Assembly (NCBI GenBank): GCA_964538875.1
Contig: CAZIHO010000051.1
Span: forward strand, 1-22,883
Reading direction: 5' to 3'
DNA: 22,883 bases
Source: an uncultured Chromatiaceae bacterium
Lineage (GTDB): Bacteria > Pseudomonadota > Gammaproteobacteria > Chromatiales > Chromatiaceae
Shown here: piece by piece, positions 16,551 through 22,883 of the stretch
Position numbering within the stretch: the first letter of the stretch is position 1
Layout: every line of letters starts with the position of its first letter
Made by a program: the position numbers and the translations under genes
Notes under the pieces: generated by a model
Told to the model about the DNA's origin: nothing
Database searches by the model: none
What the model saw: the letters and a program-made list of their open reading frames with translations, nothing else

Positions 16551-17579
16551 CTATACAGACTCCACTATCTGCATATTACGGACGCCCAAAATAAGCGGAC
16601 GGGTATCGCCATTGGGCAGCACAGGGATGGTGGCCTGCTCCACTGCTTCAAGGATAAGTTCATTCTCGCCAACAGAGACCGGCACACTTACTGCTACAGC
16701 ACCCGGCTGGACAGCGAGTATAACGCTCCAATTTCCTGATGTTACACGAAGATGCCGTTCAACATGCGCATCGAAACTGGGGCCTGGGATGGCATCAAAC
16801 ATCAAACGGATTTCCCCATTAAATGCCGTATAAACATCTAAGTGAGTTGCGGCTCCGCCGATCCAAAAAAAAGGTAAGTTATCTAATGTTTCCAATCCGT
16901 TTGGGTTGATAACGGATAGCACCTGTAATGGCAGATTGGTCTCGGCGGTCCCATCGGCATACCCGGCTGGCAATGAATATCCAAATTCTTCACAAAAATC
17001 AACCAATGAACGGCGCAAACGGGCTGGGAACGTGTTCAGGTATTTAAAAAGTACCGGGTTCTTTTTCCATTTTTCGATCGAGTCTGAAAATATCCGAATT
17101 CCTGCTCGGTTTTCACTAAAAGTATGAGCGACGGCAAGGTCGAAGTGTTTTGACAATTGTGTCTGAACAACATCTGGTTTGGCGATCAATTCTTCATACT
17201 TCAAAATAAACACTTTCGGGTTCGGCTGTTTCTTGCGCAGGGTATGCCAGGCATCATATTCCATCATCCAACGATCGAACGTAATATGAAATCTGCGCAA
17301 ATGCTTAGTTAACGGATGTGTACTGGTCAAGACATCAAACGGATGACGCACGCAATAGATTAGCCCTATATCATCGGGTAGAGACGCAAGGGTTCGCCAA
17401 CATTCGCCGGTTCGTTTGATGACAACATTACTTTCAGGGCAGAAAATTTTGGAAAAGCTTGAAAAAGGGGCTTCACCATATGCGCCTTCCGTGTATACAT
17501 AGGTATCTTCAAAACACCCCATTAGATCCCGGATCAAAGTCGTTCCGCTTCTTCCGCAACCAGCAATAAAACTCTTCAT
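16551..17579 (-). CDS. Sulfotransferase-family protein (Sulfotransfer_3-like) with an extra C-terminal domain, 342 aa, low GC.
   Basis: PAPS 5'-phosphosulfate-binding loop 'IAGCGRSGTTLIRDLM' (consensus GxxRSGTT). 3'-phosphate-binding region 'IYCVRHPFDVLTS' (RDPRD-type). AT-rich upstream region. Co-oriented with the GT2 gene. Confidence 0.7.
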   Translation of the reverse strand: MKSFIAGCGRSGTTLIRDLMGCFEDTYVYTEGAYGEAPFSSFSKIFCPESNVVIKRTGECWRTLASLPDDIGLIYCVRHPFDVLTSTHPLTKHLRRFHITFDRWMMEYDAWHTLRKKQPNPKVFILKYEELIAKPDVVQTQLSKHFDLAVAHTFSENRAGIRIFSDSIEKWKKNPVLFKYLNTFPARLRRSLVDFCEEFGYSLPAGYADGTAETNLPLQVLSVINPNGLETLDNLPFFWIGGAATHLDVYTAFNGEIRLMFDAIPGPSFDAHVERHLRVTSGNWSVILAVQPGAVAVSVPVSVGENELILEAVEQATIPVLPNGDTRPLILGVRNMQIVESV

Positions 17580-17747
17580 GGACCCTTCCAGGCGGAAATT
17601 TATATCTTATCATCAACAGCGAGTATATCAGGTTGTATAAGGATAAAGCGATCATGCCACCTTATCTATTGAAAATAGCCAACGAATTTCTGAGAGCATT
17701 CATAGTATCAGATACTTTTCAACCTGCTAATACCATTTGAATGAGAA

Positions 17748-17772
17748 GCGGGCCGGCACCTGCCGGCCCGCT
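17748..17772 (-). terminator. Rho-independent terminator of katG.
   Basis: The perfect hairpin 'GCGGGCCGGCA-ggt-GCCGGCCCGC' begins 12 nt after the katG stop (minus-strand sense). It is followed by 'TTCTCATTCAAAT'. Confidence 0.6.
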
Positions 17773-17783
17773 AAACGCCTCGA

Positions 17784-20063
<2,280 letters not shown>

Positions 20064-20112
20064 TTATTCGCTAATTTCTGGGGGAATCGAAGCGACACCC
20101 GGCTGGCTGGGA

Positions 20113-22878
20113 TTAGGACGCCGCTAGATTCCAGCCCCGGCGCTGGGCCAGCTCAATGAGCAGCGTGCGGGCGCGGGCGAAGTCCATGTTGGCGACCGCA
20201 GCCCCGGCAAGGGCCAGCTCCGCCTCCACCTCGGTACCCCGGACCAGGGTTTGCAGGTCCCGGAACCGGGCCACGGCGTTGAATCTCTGTTGTTCCAGCA
20301 GGGGCAGGGACTCCCGGAGCAGTGCCTCGACCCGCGCCACATCCAGGGTCCGGGGCGCCGCGACGGGTTCCCGCCGCTGCTGGGCGGTGCGTTCCGGCAG
20401 CCAATGGGCCAATAGCTCGCGCAATGCCGCCCACACCACCGGCTTGGCCAGCACGCCATCCATGCCCACGTCCAGGGCCCGTTGGCGGCTGTCGTCAAAC
20501 ACATCCGCCGTCAGGGCGATGATGGGGAGGCGTGGGCGCTGGTGGGCCTGTTCCCAGCGGCGGATTTGCTGGACCGCCCCATAGCCGTCCATGGCCGGCA
20601 TGCGCAGGTCCATGAGCACCAGATCCACCGGCTCGCCGCGGCGGATGATGTCCAGGCCCTGTTGCCCATCCTCGGCCTCGATGACCGATAAATCCAGCTT
20701 GGTCAGCATGGTGCGGATCACCTCGCGATTCGAGGCCGAGTCATCCACCGCCAGCACCCGGCCCACCAGCCGGGCAAACTCCTCTGAACCCGCAGCCTCG
20801 GCATTCCATTCGGGCTGGCGCTGATCTTCACCCGCGCCCACCGGTTCCAGGCGCACCCGGAACCAAAACCGGGACCCGTCGTTCACCCGGCTCTCCAACC
20901 CAACCTCGCCGCCCATTAGTTCCGCCAGGCTGCGGACGATGGACAGCCCCAGACCCGTGCCGCCGAAGCGCTGCGTCATGGCACCGCTCGCCTGGGCGAA
21001 GGGCCGGAACAGGCTCGCTTGTTTGTCTTGCGGCACCCCCACGCCGGAATCCGCCACCGAGAACTCCAGCAGGGCCGCCTCCCCCGCCCGGCTGAGTTCC
21101 CGTCCCTCGACCCGGATCTCGCCGTCGCTGGAAAACTTGATGGCGTTATTGACCAGATTGGACAGCATTTGCCGCAGCCGGTGGGGATCGCCCCGGTAGC
21201 GTTGCGCTGGCGGCCCGGACCAGGTCGAACACAACCCCAGCTCCTTGATCTGGACCACCGGCAAGAACAGGCGGGTCACCTGTTGCAGCAGTTGGCTGGG
21301 ATCGAAATCCGTGTATTCCAGGGTCATCCGGCCCGCTTCCACCTTGGACAAATCCAGGATGTCGTTGAGCAGGGTGAGCAGGGTCTCGCCGGCGTGCAGG
21401 ATCATCTGGGCGTGGTCCAGGCGTTCCTGTTTGCTGACTTGCCGCCCCAGCAGCAACTGGGCCATGCCCAGGATGGCGTTCATGGGCGTGCGGATCTCAT
21501 GGCTCATGGTGGCCAGAAAGCTGCTTTTAGCCCGGTTGGCGGCCTCGGCCTGATCCTTGGCCTCCGCCAGTTCCGCCTCGTAGCGCCTGCGCTCGGTGAT
21601 GTCCACATGGGTGCCCAGGGCACGCAGGGGACGGCCTGCGGCGTCCCGCTGCACCGTCCGCCCCCGGCCCAGGATCCAGCGGTAGCCGCCGTCCTTGGCC
21701 CTCAGCCGGTATTCCGCCTCGAAGGGACCGGGTCCAGCCAACGCCTGACCGACCCGCGCCACCGTGGACTCCCGGTCATCGGGATGCAGCAGGTCGAGCC
21801 ACAGGCTATCCGGGTCCGGACCTAACTCGCCGGACTGGTAGCCCAGCATTTGGAAGTAGGCCGGATTACAGTAGGCCTGGTCGCTATCCATGCGCCAGTC
21901 CCATAGACCGTCCTGGGAGGCCTCCATGGCCAGGCGAAAGCGCTCCTCGCTGGCCGCCAAGGCTTCTTCCAGGCGCCGGCGTTCCGAGATGTCTTCAATC
22001 AAGACCAGGTGACGGGGACTCTCACCCCGCTCCGCCGTCACCGGCGCGATGGTTATACGGATCCAGACCGCCGTGCCGTCCGGGTGCAGATACTGCTTGT
22101 CCATCTGGAAACTAGCGATTTCTCCGGCGTCCAGGCGCGCCATCTGGTCCAGTTCGTCTTGCGCGCCGTCGGGATGGGTGAGTGGCATCCAGTCGATGCG
22201 GGTCATCTCGGCGCGGGAGCGGCCGGCGATGGCGGCAAAGCGATCATTGACCTCCTGGATCCGGCCAGTCAGGGAATCGATGAGGGCGATTCCTAGGGGC
22301 GCCTGTTCAAACATGGTGCGGAACCGGGCCTCGGAACGCGCCACCCGCTCCAGCAGTTCCCGCAATTCGGCCTGGGCCGCCACCAATTCCTGGGTCCGGT
22401 CCGCCACCTTACGCTCCAGGTTGGCGTTGAGGTCCCGGATCGCCTCCTCCATGGCCTGGCGCTCGGAGATGTCGACCAAGATGCAGTGGGTGCGCAGGAA
22501 GCGGCCCTGGTCGTCGCGCTGGACGCGCCCGGCGAACAGAACCGTCAGTGGCGTGCCGTCACGGCGGCACAGCGTGACCTCCCCGTTCAGGCCGAGGTTG
22601 GCCTTGAAGCGCTCGAAATTGGCGTCAAACCGGTCCCGGAGCGAAATGTCCCAGTAATCCGCGAACGATAGGCCCAACAAGTCCCCGGGCTTGGCGAAGC
22701 CGAGCAGGTCGGCCATCTTTTGGTTGGCGTCTAGCCAGCGGCCCTGCCCGTCAATGGACTGATAGGCAATGGGCAGGTGCTCGAACAGTTCCCGGAAGCG
22801 GCGTTCGCTGTCACGCAGGTTGTGTTCGGCCTGCTTGCGCCCGGTGATGTCCTGCATCAAACCTTCCACGCCGGTCAC
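20113..22878 (-). CDS. Hybrid sensor histidine kinase (multi-PAS - HisKA - HATPase_c - REC - Hpt), N-terminus probably outside the window.
   Basis: At least three PAS-like segments are present. H-box 'FLATMSHEIRTPMNAILGMAQLL'. G-boxes 'DSGVGVP...GGTGLGLSIVRSL'. Receiver 'RVLAVDDSASNREVIRTML...LVLMDLRMPAMDGY'. A C-terminal ~100 aa has Hpt-like character. The ORF is open to the window edge. Confidence 0.9.
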   Translation of the reverse strand: MTGVEGLMQDITGRKQAEHNLRDSERRFRELFEHLPIAYQSIDGQGRWLDANQKMADLLGFAKPGDLLGLSFADYWDISLRDRFDANFERFKANLGLNGEVTLCRRDGTPLTVLFAGRVQRDDQGRFLRTHCILVDISERQAMEEAIRDLNANLERKVADRTQELVAAQAELRELLERVARSEARFRTMFEQAPLGIALIDSLTGRIQEVNDRFAAIAGRSRAEMTRIDWMPLTHPDGAQDELDQMARLDAGEIASFQMDKQYLHPDGTAVWIRITIAPVTAERGESPRHLVLIEDISERRRLEEALAASEERFRLAMEASQDGLWDWRMDSDQAYCNPAYFQMLGYQSGELGPDPDSLWLDLLHPDDRESTVARVGQALAGPGPFEAEYRLRAKDGGYRWILGRGRTVQRDAAGRPLRALGTHVDITERRRYEAELAEAKDQAEAANRAKSSFLATMSHEIRTPMNAILGMAQLLLGRQVSKQERLDHAQMILHAGETLLTLLNDILDLSKVEAGRMTLEYTDFDPSQLLQQVTRLFLPVVQIKELGLCSTWSGPPAQRYRGDPHRLRQMLSNLVNNAIKFSSDGEIRVEGRELSRAGEAALLEFSVADSGVGVPQDKQASLFRPFAQASGAMTQRFGGTGLGLSIVRSLAELMGGEVGLESRVNDGSRFWFRVRLEPVGAGEDQRQPEWNAEAAGSEEFARLVGRVLAVDDSASNREVIRTMLTKLDLSVIEAEDGQQGLDIIRRGEPVDLVLMDLRMPAMDGYGAVQQIRRWEQAHQRPRLPIIALTADVFDDSRQRALDVGMDGVLAKPVVWAALRELLAHWLPERTAQQRREPVAAPRTLDVARVEALLRESLPLLEQQRFNAVARFRDLQTLVRGTEVEAELALAGAAVANMDFARARTLLIELAQRRGWNLAAS

Positions 22879-22883
22879 TTGGC

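Overview
High-GC (about 65%) bacterial chromosomal segment, probably proteobacterial, containing four blocks.

(1) 6-4790, minus strand: a trehalose operon, otsA -> otsB -> GH15 glycoside hydrolase. The OtsA carries an unusual ~255-aa N-terminal extension with two predicted transmembrane helices.

(2) 4791-6630: a 1.8-kb stretch with no convincing gene, only a degraded HTH (LuxR/sigma70-region-4-like) ORF remnant.

(3) 6631-12353, plus strand: a tightly packed three-gene operon that I consider the most interesting content.
- A bacterial homologue of the eukaryotic major vault protein (MVP).
- An 875-aa three-domain protein: isochorismatase-like domain, aminoglycoside-phosphotransferase/kinase-like domain, and a NUDT9-type Nudix domain whose catalytic Nudix box is degenerate (more like the ADP-ribose-sensing NUDT9-H domain of TRPM2).
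- A CDKN3/KAP-like CX5R protein phosphatase.

(4) 12354-15035: a decay/mobile-DNA zone.
- A katG pseudogene fragment with an internal deletion through the N/C-lobe repeat of KatG.
- Two copies of a 282-bp repeat lacking terminal inverted repeats (93% identical, direct orientation).
- A ParE/RelE-type toxin gene carrying a frameshift, whose antitoxin gene was truncated by the repeat.
- An intact periplasmic rhodanese.
- An IS91-family transposase C-terminal remnant.

Downstream of this zone:
- A markedly low-GC island (15036-17760) encoding a GT2-like glycosyltransferase and a sulfotransferase.
- An intact catalase-peroxidase katG.
- A multi-PAS hybrid sensor histidine kinase that runs off the window end.

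No rRNA, tRNA or CRISPR array was seen.
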